Assembly (NCBI GenBank): GCA_052426225.1
Contig: JBNJNM010000006.1
Coordinates: forward strand, 1,364,001 to 1,428,000
Length of the DNA stretch: 64,000 nt
Direction: 5' to 3'
Origin: Zancudomyces culisetae HAW-14-8
Taxonomy: Eukaryota > Fungi > Kickxellomycota
Position numbers and translations under genes: made by a program. The first letter of the stretch is position 1. Each line of letters opens with the position of its first letter. Below, in pieces: positions 13,179-24,237 of this stretch. The notes beneath the pieces are model-generated. The model was not told the origin of the DNA and searched no databases. It saw only the letters and a list, made by a program, of their open reading frames with translations.

Positions 13179-13954
13179 AAGGGGAGGAATGTCGCATTAT
13201 TAACAATTTGTACAATAGCACGTGGATGTGCCTGAAAATGGTACACTCAGTGCGAAAATGCAAATTCATTTTTGTTTACTTTTTTTAAATAAAATAATTT
13301 TGAGCTCAGTATGCAATCAATTTTTCATACTGAGCTAGTTCAATAATGATGAATGTAAAATGTAAAATGATCCCATGCATTTTACATTTATCATTAATAA
13401 CAAGCAAATTAGTAATAATATTATAACAATAGTCATATTTTAGTATTTAGTTTTTATATAGTGGTTTAACATTCGAATAGTATATTTAAGGAGACGTATG
13501 GATGACATATGAAAACATCATCCATGTCTCGATACGGAATACTATAATAAAATAATTAAATAAAATCAAATATAAACCAAAAGATAAATTAGCAATAATG
13601 TTTTTAAACAGTTGGATTGGAACCGAATGTGACTCCAGGAGGGAGTCACACACTTCTACCAGCATGAGCAGGGGCAGCAGCATGGATCAGGATGCAGGGG
13701 TATTAAGTCCCCGCACCCTTGGTGAGTTGACAGAAAGTGTCCGTCAACTCCAGATCCGTAGGAGCCCGGAAGAAATGTCGGTGAGTACAATTTCACCGAC
13801 ACTGTACAGGGGTATTAGCTCACCCGAGCACCCCTCGATGCACATTGCATTACGCAATAGAAGTGCATCAACCATCAGTGATCGTACCAGAACCGGTATA
13901 ACACGTGATGGTAGCGCTAATGGAAGTAGTGATACTTCACATTATGCGACAACT

Positions 13955-14027
13955 GCCTTCTTGGCTCAGTTGGCAGAGCGTCTGCCTAGTAAGCAGAAGG
14001 TCGCCGGTTCGATTCCGGCAGAAGGCA
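13955..14027 (+). tRNA. tRNA-Thr(AGT)
   Basis: Full cloverleaf: acceptor GCCTTCT/AGAAGGC, anticodon arm TCTGC-CTAGTAA-GCAGA, T-loop TTCGATT, followed by TTTT. Confidence 0.95.
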
Positions 14028-14142
14028 CTTTTGCAGATTCAAGCATATTTTCTTATGTAACAATACATTTACAAATGTTATATATTTTACTAGAAATTTT
14101 ATTGTATCTACCAAACCGGCATATCTGCTTTTGTAATATATA

Positions 14143-14573
14143 GTAGATGTCTTTAGTTATCTGATATATTTTTCAGCTAATGTGATGGCTGAGTTTGGTA
14201 TAGCACTGATTGTGTCAGTTATACTCAGGTCTCGGATCACTTAACTAGTTCTGTTTGCCGTAATATGAATGTTTTTAATAACTTTTATTATTGTTGTAAT
14301 AATAATAAAACACTAAGTAAACTATCTCAACGTTGTGTTAATTTCAATTACTAAGTATGTAAAAAACGTATATGTAAAGTATATTCTGTTAAGAAAGGCT
14401 AAAGATGTTTATTTTCCTTGTCCGCTTCGCTTTTATTCCCTGATCGTTCAGATATTCAGCTTTACTATTATAAATATTTAAATATAAAATAACTACAAGT
14501 TAATTGGTAGTTATATTATGCTAAGATATCGCAGTTGATTCGCTAGCAAAAAGTATGTAGCCGTTATACTACA
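14143..14573 (+). repeat. tRNA-downstream repeat family, diverged copy
   Basis: Aligns by eye with 24238-24655 (AGTTATCTGATATATTTTT...GTCTCGGATCAC...TGTAGCCGTTATACTACA). Confidence 0.75.
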
Positions 14574-14859
14574 CTTTAACCGAATTCCATTTCGATATTA
14601 TTATTAATTTTATTTCGTCTCTTAATATATTTTATTAAGTGATCAATGTTGTTATGTCTAGATATAGAATAATGTTAAGCAATAAAGAATACGAATAACA
14701 CAAAAAGTCTCGCATAGAAAGTGCTAGTTAATTTAAAGATTTAGTTAAAATCGTCAATCGAAAATATAATAGTGTATATTTAGACACTTTACTATCTGTC
14801 ATTGAAAATAATATGAAAATGTTTAATCAAAATTAATTATTGTGTTACTGTTAATTTTT

Positions 14860-15525
14860 GGGAGCGGGTAAATCTACAGCATTGAATAGATTGCGAAATG
14901 AACTGGGAATTCCCACAGTAAATCTAAAAGCTAGCGCGGCACGAGAAAGAGCAATTATGAAATGGCCGACACTGCAACCATGGATTGCAGATTTAATATT
15001 AAAACTAATATCAAACTGATACAACACTTTGGTTACGGGAACAAAAAAATTAATGAAAAAATATATTGGTTAGGATAAGGAAGAACAGCGGGGAGCGTAC
15101 TATTAGAACGATGCCCTGGTATTTACAAGTCTAAAATCTCGAGATGGTTGTTAGACAATAATCTCGAGGGAATGAGTAATTGGATTTACTACAACTTTTA
15201 TACACTTAGCATAAACAAGGACTTTTGATGATAGGGCGGATAAGAACAGGTAGATTCTGGACAGCAGAGAGGCTAGCAAAGTTGGGGACAATAGACGAAA
15301 AGTTCAAGACTAGGTACCCATTTTGTAAAAAAAACAGCGCAGAAACCATTGAACACATGTTACTGTACTGTAAATACTGGGCTGGAGTTAAGTATAAAAC
15401 TCTGGAAAGTATCCCAGATATGTCAACTGTAGGAAGTGAGGAGAGATGTAGTAGTGAAGGATGGAGGAATTTTTTTGAAGGGCGACTCCTTGGAGGGGAG
15501 TCAAAAAGAATGGTTACTCTCTCCG
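14860..15525 (+). pseudogene. Non-LTR retrotransposon (LINE) ORF2 3' remnant
   Basis: Broken frames encoding LRNELGIPTV...WIADL and a C-terminal Zn-finger-like PFCKKNSAETIEHMLLYC. Confidence 0.65.
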
Positions 15526-16117
15526 TTAATAAGAGAAAAACCTGTTATGAATACACGTGTATCATAACAATATTGTATATTATATACAATATTAATTAAT
15601 TAATATTAATGACAATACATGTGTATCATTAATTTTTTTAACTATAAGTTTAATTTAATTAATTATTATATAATTATTCGTTTAAAACATTAAGATACAC
15701 AATATTAATGATGTATACTACATAATTTATTATAAAAAGTTTTATTACTAGTTTAAGTTATATATTAATATTTATAACAAACTTAATTTTATAAAAGGAG
15801 ATACAAATCCTTTTCATGAACAGTTAAGTTTGCCAATCTCGTTTAACAATAATATAGAAATAATTAACTAATATTATATTATTACTGTGTGTTGTAAACT
15901 AGTATAATTAATAATAGGTTTTATAAATTAACTGTGTTAGTAGTTATTATCAATATTATTGTGTATAATATTGGTATCTAACTTGAAATAGTTAGTTTAT
16001 TTGTGTTATTTTAAGTTTTTACTATATAAAGTTAATCGTTAAATAAAATACAAAATAGCGCTAAAATACTTGATTTTACTCTATAAAATTGAAATTTGTG
16101 ATTTGAGCAAAAACCTA

Positions 16118-17679
16118 CAGTGAGTTTCAAAAATGTCTCAAAATATTGAAAATAATTTGCAAAGTGTAATATCTCGCTCAATAATATCCAGAAATTATAT
16201 GTTTTTTATATTATAAATGCACAAATATTATATTATAATTTTAATTGATATTAATATTATTGGTTAAAAATTCATTATGAAATTATAAATTGAAAAAATT
16301 TTAAAAATGAGACAATTTTGGGAATTTTTCAAAAAAATAATTTAAACTATCATAACTTTAAGATTTCATATTTTAAATTTTTTAAACTTTTACATAAAAT
16401 AATATATATATTGTTATACTAATCAAAATAATAATTTTTTAAAAAATGATATCTGAACAACGTAAACTGGATATAAAAACGCGTTACTTGAAGGCAGTAG
16501 AATTGACCAAATCATTATAGAAAATGGAGTTAGTAAAGCAACAATATACAGAATTAAAGCAGCAATGAATATCAATTTACCGGCTAATAAACGCGGTCGT
16601 CCAGCGAAGCTTTTACCCCAAAGCAAGCGAATATGTACTAGGATGATATTATCTGGAGAGTATCGATCTGCTACTTCGATACAAAAGAAGTTAGAAATGG
16701 ATAATATTGTTAGTGCTAGTAAGTCTACAATATATAGGGCTTTTAATGATCTTAAAGCCGTTGCAAAAAAAAAAACCTCCAAACCGAAACTGAGCCTTAA
16801 AAATATTGCAAAATGGTTGAGATTCGCAAAATCTCATCGCCACTGGACTACTGATGATTGGAGACGAGTTATTTGGTCCGACAAAACTAAAATCAACCGA
16901 TTTGGATCTGATGGAAATGAATGGACTTGGGTTCGTGATGGTGTGAGTCTACAGCCGCACAATATTAACCAGACCGTAAAACACGGTGGAGGATCATTAA
17001 TGATTTGGGGATGCATCACAGCATCTGGAATTGGCTACATGTGCCGAATAGAAGGAATGTTAAACAAGGAAGGTTATTTAAACATTTTAAAAGACGAGCT
17101 TAGCAATACAATAATGTACTACAAGTTGGATCCCAAGTCAATAATATTTCAACATGACAATGATCCCAAACATACCTCAAAGTTAGTTACATGCTGGCTT
17201 GAAAACCAGGAATATAATACATTGGACTGGCCACCACAATCTCCAGACTTAAACCCAATCGAAACTATATGGGCAATCATCAAAAGACGCCTAAATAGAT
17301 ACAGTAAACCTCCGTCCGGGATGATCGAATTATGGGAGCGAATAGAAACGGAATGGAATTTAATTACAGTGGAAACAATACTTGGTCTTATAGATAGTAT
17401 GCCCAAAAGAGTTGAGGCAGTTATCAAGTCTAAAGGAAGGTGGACAGAATTTTAAAGTATTTTTTTGAAAAATTCCCAAAATTGTCTCATTTTTAAAATT
17501 TTTTCAATTTATAATTTCTTAATGAATTTTTAATCAATGAAAATACAGTTTATATAATCTGAATATAACATTGGTGCATTATAAAATATAAAAAACATAT
17601 AATTTCCGGATATTATTGAGCGAGATATTACACTTTGCAAATTATTTTCAATATTTTGAGACATTTTTGAAACTCACTG
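16118..17679 (+). mobile_element. Tc1-family DNA transposon with ~220-bp TIRs
   Basis: TA-CAGTGAGTTTCAAAAATGTCTC...GAGACATTTTTGAAACTCACTG-TA. The empty target AAAACCTACCTAAAACC is seen in sister LTR copies (~5935, ~53975). Confidence 0.95.
16446..17455 (+). CDS. Tc1 DD34E transposase, apparent 1-nt frameshift near the N-terminus
   Basis: Motifs WSD, KHGGGSLMIWGC, QHDNDPKH and WPPQSPDLNPIE (34 residues D to E). The ATG at 16446 is out of frame with 16565..17455 across an A-run. Confidence 0.85.
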
Positions 17680-18938
17680 TACCTAAAACCAAAAAAAAAC
17701 ATAGGTAGTGAAGCTTAACACAATTTTCAAAGGGTATCAGAAAGGTATCAGAGTCTAATTTTTGAACCAAAATTAATTGTTTTGCACACCAAATTTTAGG
17801 AGTTGGGCGTAATTTTACCCAGTTTTATCGCATTTATTGAAGTAATAAATACATAAAACTAAATAAAATATAAGCTAAAAAGGTAGGGTTGACTGGTTAA
17901 ATAAAGTATAACTTTCTCCAGTAACAATCCCCCTCTATTAGCAGAACTTTTTGTAGGTTTAGTTGCGGAAATTTACTGAGAAATTTTGTGCAATCTAAAA
18001 TACAACAACACTTGTTATATAGTAGAAATATATACCTGTATTTCCTTGTATTTTATTGGTTAATTTAAATAGTATTATTTTATGCATTAAATAGTCTAGT
18101 TTTGAATTAATTAATAAATTGTCTTTTTCTCCCACAATAATTATAGACCTAATATATAATAATAAAAGTCCCGTCCTGTATAATACTGGGTAATTATATT
18201 ACTCAGTAGGATCTTAAACATGTAATTATACAACACACTATGTCATATAATAATATGATAGAAACAATTTTAATTATCAGTTATTAGTTTAGAATTATAT
18301 AATTAGCAATATTTTTAGATTGGACCTTTTTCCCCTCGTGGTTTTTGTCCGATGTTATTTTATAGGTATAATTTATTTCAGACTAGTATGAACAATTTTA
18401 GGGGTCAAAAGGACCTCCCACAACAAGAAAAATAAAGAAACACTTTTCTCAAACTATCAGAATAATATTAAGTATACAGTTTATATTGTTAAAACAAATA
18501 TAGTATAGTGATAATAAATAAGTAGAGAAAAATATAGTACAATAATCTTATTTTAACAACTGTCGTATAATAATACGATGGGAACTAAAATTGATTGAGA
18601 TTTATCATCTCAATTTTTATCTATCTAGTTATTGATTTTTATAGGTTATCTTTATTTTTAGATTGGACCTTTTTCCCCTTGTGGTTTTTGTCCAACGATT
18701 ATTAGTTAGTTAGTTTAAGTTATAGTTTCATAGTTTTAATCAGAAATCGGGGGTAAAAGGAATCCCCCACTATATTCTAAATAAAAATTATCTTTCAACA
18801 AAATAATATTGTGTCTAGCTACAATATATCTATTAGTACAACATTATAAATAAATATACAATATATAGTAGTATTAAATTCATTAATAATCATAATAAGA
18901 ATAAACAATAGAGAAGGCTGTTAATTTGACAAAACATA

Positions 18939-21900
18939 TGTCATATAGCAAATTGACAATTGATTCGTAACTGGTTACGAATCCGAAATGCATTAGTTTT
19001 TTTTATCCTAGTGATTTTTCTAATAACATTTCGTTTTTAATTATGATTTTTTAGTAGTATCTTATATAAGAGTTTTTTAGTTAGTTTTTTTTTATAAAGG
19101 TTACACAATAAATAGTTAATTTAGGAATAAAAAGATATACAACTTAGGTCTGAAATAGAACATAGTATTATTTAAAAATAGAATAACATAGTTTTATATT
19201 TAGCATAGTAGTATTAAATATAAGAGATACTAGCATAAAAACGTTAGTATCTGACAGTGGCGATCACGGTGGGACCTATACGTCCTTCAGATTATTTTCA
19301 TTTAAGGATTCGACTAGGAAATAATAATTCTATTATAGAGAGATAAAGAAAATGGTTATAACATCACCAAAGCAATTTGAATCTGGAAAAGGGATAGATC
19401 CAGCAGAGTGGATTGAGGACTTCAAACTGGTCGCAAAGTTGAATAGTTGGCCGGAAGATGACCTTATTGACCTTGTGAAGTTATTTTTAGGGAACAAGGA
19501 AAAGATATGGTTCAAGAAGAACAAAGTAAAATTTACCAGCTGGGAGGAATTAAGCAAAAGATTCAAAGAAAAATATGGTACTACAGATTCAAAGGAGAAA
19601 ATTTGGAATCGGTTGCGATCGATTAAACAGTCTGAATTTGATAGTATAGAAGAACTTGAAGTGGAGTTGAATCATTTACTAAATAAAGCTAACATCAAAG
19701 ATATTGGGAACAGATTCGATTTTTTAGTTAGTACACTTAGAGTAGAATTTAAAGAGAAAGTTGAAGAAAACAGCATAACTGAGTGGGATAAGGTAATTGA
19801 ATTAATCACAAAGGTTGAGGAAGGTTCAGTGGTAAGCCCAAAGAAAGGGGATCACAAGGATTCTAAAGTTCAAGCGAAGGATTATACCACGAACGCTGCA
19901 TCAAAAGGGAAAAGTGTTAAGGAAATTGCAAAAAACTCAGTAGCGTACAGTGACATGATGAAAAGATTCGAGGAAATGAGTGTGAGCCTGATCACAAAAG
20001 TAGAGCAAGTAGTTGATCAAAAACTTAAGGAAGCGTCTACAAGTAATAGAAGAGTACAGCCCTTTGTGGTAAAATGTTATTCGTGTAATGAAATAGGCCA
20101 TCGTAAGTATGAGTGTCCGAAGATAAAAGAAAGCGGTTCAAGCGATGGTAGCAAGGTAGACATTCAAAAGAACATAAATTATATTGAGGTAATTGAGAAT
20201 CATAGTGCAGTGGAAGACGATGCACAGGTGTATGCAATTGATAAAAGAAAGCACAGTGACATAGCCAGTGGAGCAACAGAACAACGCCCTACTAAGTACA
20301 GGACCGCACGCACTAGGGGAGTCCACTCTACACCGGAAGAGACCAGTGGTGTGGCCCATCCGACAGCGGAAGTTGGGGATGAATCGCTGGGAGATGAGAA
20401 TAGGCTAGAATCAAACATTTCAAGAGGTAAAAACTACCAGCTGTTGAAAGGCACCAACAAGACCTTCTCCATTATCGAAGAGTTGCGCAAGGTCTACCCA
20501 AAAATTGATGCTTTACAGTTAATTGAGAATGCCCCAATATACTCAGAAGAGTTGAAGAGCTTCCTCAAAAAGGACAAGGTTATGGAACTAAACGAAATAC
20601 AAGTTCAAGAAAGAAAAACATCTAATTGCAGAATAATGGTGCAAGTATTCGGACAAAAATTGTGGGCAGTGGTGGATACAGGGGCGGCTTGCTCCGTTGT
20701 TACTTACAACCTAATGGAGGGTTGGGGATTGGACATGGATAGTAAAAGTGGGCTAACATTAGTGACGGCGGATGGGAAGAGGCATAACACCCTAGGAAGG
20801 TTGTCGCAGGTGCCGTTAATGATTGCAAGCTTCATATTACCAGTAAATCTGATCGTTATGTCCAGAAATGACGATACTCTTATCCTAGGAACCGATTGGT
20901 TACTACAACATAAGGCTTCGTTGAATCTTAAAGTACCTGAACTAAGGATACCAATCGAAAACGTGGAAGTAGTTACAAGGCTAGAAACATCCGCAGATTT
21001 GAACATGGAAGATGAAAAAGCTGAACTGTACGCTATCTTAAAGCAAGGACCAGTAGGAAGAGGATCGTGCCTGGAGGTGGAGCTTGAAAGTGTAATCCAT
21101 AAGTATAACAACATCTTTGTTAGCGACCTTTCCGAGCTCACTCAAACTAGCGTGATAGAACATCGTATCCAGGTAAAAGATGAGACACCTATCAAGCTCA
21201 GGCCTTACCGGATACCGCATAGGCAGCAAGAGCAGGTATTGCATGAATTAAAGGAAATGGAAAAACAGGGAATTATTTCACCGACAACTTCTGAATGGTG
21301 CGCTCCAGTGGTGATAGTCCATAAGAAAAACGGAAAGATACGCGTCTGCGCCGACTACCGGAGGCTCAATGAGGTGACAAGAAAGGATAGTTATCCGCTC
21401 CCTGTTATCGCAGATCTGTTCATGGCTTTGTCTGGCGCGGTTGTGTTTAGCTGCCTTGACGCCATGAGCGGATTTTGGCAGATCCGTATGCATAGCGCCG
21501 ACAAAGCAAAAACAGCCTTTGCCATCCCAGGGAGTGGCGCTTTTGAATATAACGTCATGCCGTTTGGACTAACGAATAGTCCGGCGACGTTCCAACGCGC
21601 AATGGAAAAAGTACTACAACCTCTGTTATGGAAGTGTGCCGTAGTTTTTGTGGACGATATTATCGTCTTCTCGAAAGAAATCAATAAGCATGCGGAAGAT
21701 TTGGATAAGGTTTTAGCATTATTAGAAAAGAATCAAATACAGCTCCACCGGGATAAATGCGTTATAGGATTTACAGAACTCGAATATCTAGGGCACACAA
21801 TATCCGCCAAGGGGATAGGAACCAGCCCAAAGAAAGTGGAAGCTATAAACAATATAAAGGCTCCGACGTGCGTTAAGGAATTGCAATCGGCATTAGGGAT

Positions 21901-24117
21901 GACTGGATATTACAGGAAATATATTCCTAACTATTCTCGGGTCACCAGTCCCTTAACGCAACTACTGAAGAAGTCTGTAAAATGGGACTGGGGTGACGAG
22001 CAGGAAGAGGCGCTCAGACAATTGAAGGTATTGATGTCTTCTGCACCGGTATTAGGTCATCCAGACTGGACCGTCGAGTTTGTGATCACCACGGACGCAT
22101 CAGCAATAGGAATAGGAGGTGTGTTATCTCAGATTACCAGCGAAGGTGAGAAAATAATAGAGTATGCAAGCCGAACCACCACTCCAGCAGAAAAAAACTA
22201 CTCCATAAGCCATTTGGAAGGCTTGGCCGTGGTTTGGTCAGTTAAAAAGTTCAAATTCTACGTATGGGGTAGAAAGTTCAGAATCAGAACCGACCACAAG
22301 TCGTTAATCCAATTGTTCAATAGCCCAGATATAACAGGTCGTGTTGCACGCTGGGCTATGGTCCTACGTAGTTTTGATTATACCATAGAGCATTTACCCG
22401 GAATTATCAACCCAGCCGATGCTCTGTCTCGACTAGTTACTGAGAATGAGAATGAACAGGATGATGTAGAGCTCGACGTGTTTGCCATGGAAATTTTAGA
22501 ATACGAAGATATAAAACAGTACCTTACGGAAAAGAAGTTACCAGACAATATAGATGTGGAGTACAAAGAAAGGCTAAAGAGAAGATCTAAACTATATAAA
22601 ATCGATAAGGGTAAACTAATGAAAGAAGTAAAAGGATGTTTGAAAGAGGTTTTGCATCGAGGAAATATCCGCCAAGTAGTTGAGTCAATACACAACGAAG
22701 GGCACGAAGGCATAGAAAACACCTGGTTGCGTGTATCACAGAGGTATACCAGTAGGAATATATATAGAGAGGTCAAGGAAATCGTAAAGTGTTGCCCGGT
22801 ATGCCAATTATACAAGGGTAGTAAAAGTAAAAGGCATCCACTGGTTCCAATAGTTACAACGAAACCTTTCCAGATAGTCGGAATTGACGCAATCGGGCCA
22901 ATAGCACCGATTTCCGCTAGTGGAAACAGGTTCATCTTGACGGCTATAGACCTGTTCACGAAATGGCCTATTGCATTAGCTGTACCCAATATACAAAGTA
23001 ACACCGTAATAAATTTCCTTATAAATGAGGTCATAGCACCATTTGGAGTACCTCAACAACTGATTAGTGACCGTGGGTCCAGCTTCCTATCTGAATGTGC
23101 GACTCAAGTGTACGAGTGGTTGGGTATACACCACACTCCCACGACCTCGTACAGGCCTCAGAGTAATGGTCAGACGGAACGACTGAACCAAACTCTCATG
23201 AATGTATTGATTAAGCAATGTCGGAATGATAAACAGAAGTGGGATGCCTACCTATGGAAAACTCTACTGGTAATACGAACTTTGAGAAATAAATCGATTG
23301 GATACAGTCCGGCGGAGATGCTGTATGGCGTTGAGCTTTCACTACCCACTACATGGAAGTACAATGGAGAAATTGAAAACGTAGAGGAATTGATTTTAAG
23401 CAGGGTGAAACAGATAAATGACGACTTACCTGTGTTGAGAAATCTGGCTCATAAGAGTTCTATCGAAGCCAAAAGTTCACAGGCAACAAGGTATAACAAG
23501 GGTGTCACGTACCATAGGTTTGAGGTAGGTGAGAAGGTTCTTAAGTTGGTAGACATGGAGAGGTCAAAACTCGAACATTATTGGGAAGGCCCCTACACGG
23601 TTGAAAGAGCTTTAAGCAAGGGTGCGTATGTTATAAGTGATCAAGAAGGTAACAGAGAATTAGCTCATGGAGATATGCTTAAGAAATACCACACCAGCAA
23701 CTATATGATTCCGGATGTAACAACGACACTGAAGACTAAGTTGAAGCGATTTAAGCAGTCCCGGCGGAATGAGGGCATCCGCGCTTAAAAGGGGGGAGCT
23801 GTCATATAGCAAATTGACAATTGATTCGTAACTGGTTACGAATCCGAAATGCATTAGTTTTTTTTATCCTAGTGATTTTTCTAATAACATTTCGTTTTTA
23901 ATTATGATTTTTTAGTAGTATCTTATATAAGAGTTTTTTAGTTAGTTTTTTTTTATAAAGGTTACACAATAAATAGTTAATTTAGGAATAAAAAGATATA
24001 CAACTTAGGTCTGAAATAGAACATAGTATTATTTAAAAATAGAATAACATAGTTTTATATTTAGCATAGTAGTATTAAATATAAGAGATACTAGCATAAA
24101 AACGTTAGTATCTGACA
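18939..24117 (+). mobile_element. Intact Ty3/gypsy LTR retrotransposon
   Basis: 318-bp LTRs 18939-19256 and 23800-24117, CATA TSD, PBS TGGCGATCACGGTGGGAC (tRNA-Arg-like), PPT AAAAGGGGGGAG. Ends 7 nt upstream of tRNA-Gly. Confidence 0.96.
19352..23788 (+). CDS. Gag-Pol polyprotein (CCHC, PR, RT, RNase H, IN), single ORF
   Basis: CYSCNEIGHRKYEC; VDTGA; MPFGLTNSPATFQ, FVDD; TDAS; HHCC/DDE integrase; WEGPY. Confidence 0.95.
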   Translation: MVITSPKQFESGKGIDPAEWIEDFKLVAKLNSWPEDDLIDLVKLFLGNKEKIWFKKNKVKFTSWEELSKRFKEKYGTTDSKEKIWNRLRSIKQSEFDSIEELEVELNHLLNKANIKDIGNRFDFLVSTLRVEFKEKVEENSITEWDKVIELITKVEEGSVVSPKKGDHKDSKVQAKDYTTNAASKGKSVKEIAKNSVAYSDMMKRFEEMSVSLITKVEQVVDQKLKEASTSNRRVQPFVVKCYSCNEIGHRKYECPKIKESGSSDGSKVDIQKNINYIEVIENHSAVEDDAQVYAIDKRKHSDIASGATEQRPTKYRTARTRGVHSTPEETSGVAHPTAEVGDESLGDENRLESNISRGKNYQLLKGTNKTFSIIEELRKVYPKIDALQLIENAPIYSEELKSFLKKDKVMELNEIQVQERKTSNCRIMVQVFGQKLWAVVDTGAACSVVTYNLMEGWGLDMDSKSGLTLVTADGKRHNTLGRLSQVPLMIASFILPVNLIVMSRNDDTLILGTDWLLQHKASLNLKVPELRIPIENVEVVTRLETSADLNMEDEKAELYAILKQGPVGRGSCLEVELESVIHKYNNIFVSDLSELTQTSVIEHRIQVKDETPIKLRPYRIPHRQQEQVLHELKEMEKQGIISPTTSEWCAPVVIVHKKNGKIRVCADYRRLNEVTRKDSYPLPVIADLFMALSGAVVFSCLDAMSGFWQIRMHSADKAKTAFAIPGSGAFEYNVMPFGLTNSPATFQRAMEKVLQPLLWKCAVVFVDDIIVFSKEINKHAEDLDKVLALLEKNQIQLHRDKCVIGFTELEYLGHTISAKGIGTSPKKVEAINNIKAPTCVKELQSALGMTGYYRKYIPNYSRVTSPLTQLLKKSVKWDWGDEQEEALRQLKVLMSSAPVLGHPDWTVEFVITTDASAIGIGGVLSQITSEGEKIIEYASRTTTPAEKNYSISHLEGLAVVWSVKKFKFYVWGRKFRIRTDHKSLIQLFNSPDITGRVARWAMVLRSFDYTIEHLPGIINPADALSRLVTENENEQDDVELDVFAMEILEYEDIKQYLTEKKLPDNIDVEYKERLKRRSKLYKIDKGKLMKEVKGCLKEVLHRGNIRQVVESIHNEGHEGIENTWLRVSQRYTSRNIYREVKEIVKCCPVCQLYKGSKSKRHPLVPIVTTKPFQIVGIDAIGPIAPISASGNRFILTAIDLFTKWPIALAVPNIQSNTVINFLINEVIAPFGVPQQLISDRGSSFLSECATQVYEWLGIHHTPTTSYRPQSNGQTERLNQTLMNVLIKQCRNDKQKWDAYLWKTLLVIRTLRNKSIGYSPAEMLYGVELSLPTTWKYNGEIENVEELILSRVKQINDDLPVLRNLAHKSSIEAKSSQATRYNKGVTYHRFEVGEKVLKLVDMERSKLEHYWEGPYTVERALSKGAYVISDQEGNRELAHGDMLKKYHTSNYMIPDVTTTLKTKLKRFKQSRRNEGIRA

Positions 24118-24124
24118 CATACAA

Positions 24125-24195
24125 GCGTTAGTAGTATAGCGGTAGAATAGATGCTTCCCAAGCATTTGGCCCGGGTTCGACTCCCGGCTGACGCA
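24125..24195 (+). tRNA. tRNA-Gly(CCC)
   Basis: GCGTTAG/CTGACGC acceptor, GATGC-TTCCCAA-GCATT, CCGGG-TTCGACT-CCCGG, poly-T terminator. Confidence 0.93.
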
Positions 24196-24237
24196 TCTTT
24201 TTTTTCAATTCTCACCTTATTAAAGTATGTAATATAT

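Larger units (their letters stand above)
7390..13951 (+). mobile_element. Tandem non-autonomous LTR retroelement (LTR-gag/PR-LTR-gag/PR-LTR), no RT/RH/IN
   Basis: 762-bp LTRs at 7390-8151, 10290-11051 and 13190-13951 (TGTCGCAT...ATGCGACA), 2900-bp period. ACTG TSD, PBS TGGCGTCAGCGACAGGAT (tRNA-Ser-like), PPT AAAAGGGGAGGAA. Confidence 0.92.
15543..18931 (+). repeat. Solo-LTR stack (array 2) upstream of tRNA-Gly, interrupted by a Tc1
   Basis: Units 15543-~15985 (truncated), ~15985-18007 (5580 family, Tc1-interrupted), 18013-18235, 18241-18558, 18561-18931 (near-identical to 6273-6643). Confidence 0.82.

Noticed and set aside
13598-14143. 181-aa ORF running from the third LTR through tRNA-Thr
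   Set aside because: LTR-encoded N-terminus followed by chance read-through of the tRNA and flank; no support as a separate gene.
21640-21665. FVDD/FIDD instead of YxDD in RT
   Set aside because: A common variant in Ty3/gypsy RTs; not evidence of inactivity or novelty.
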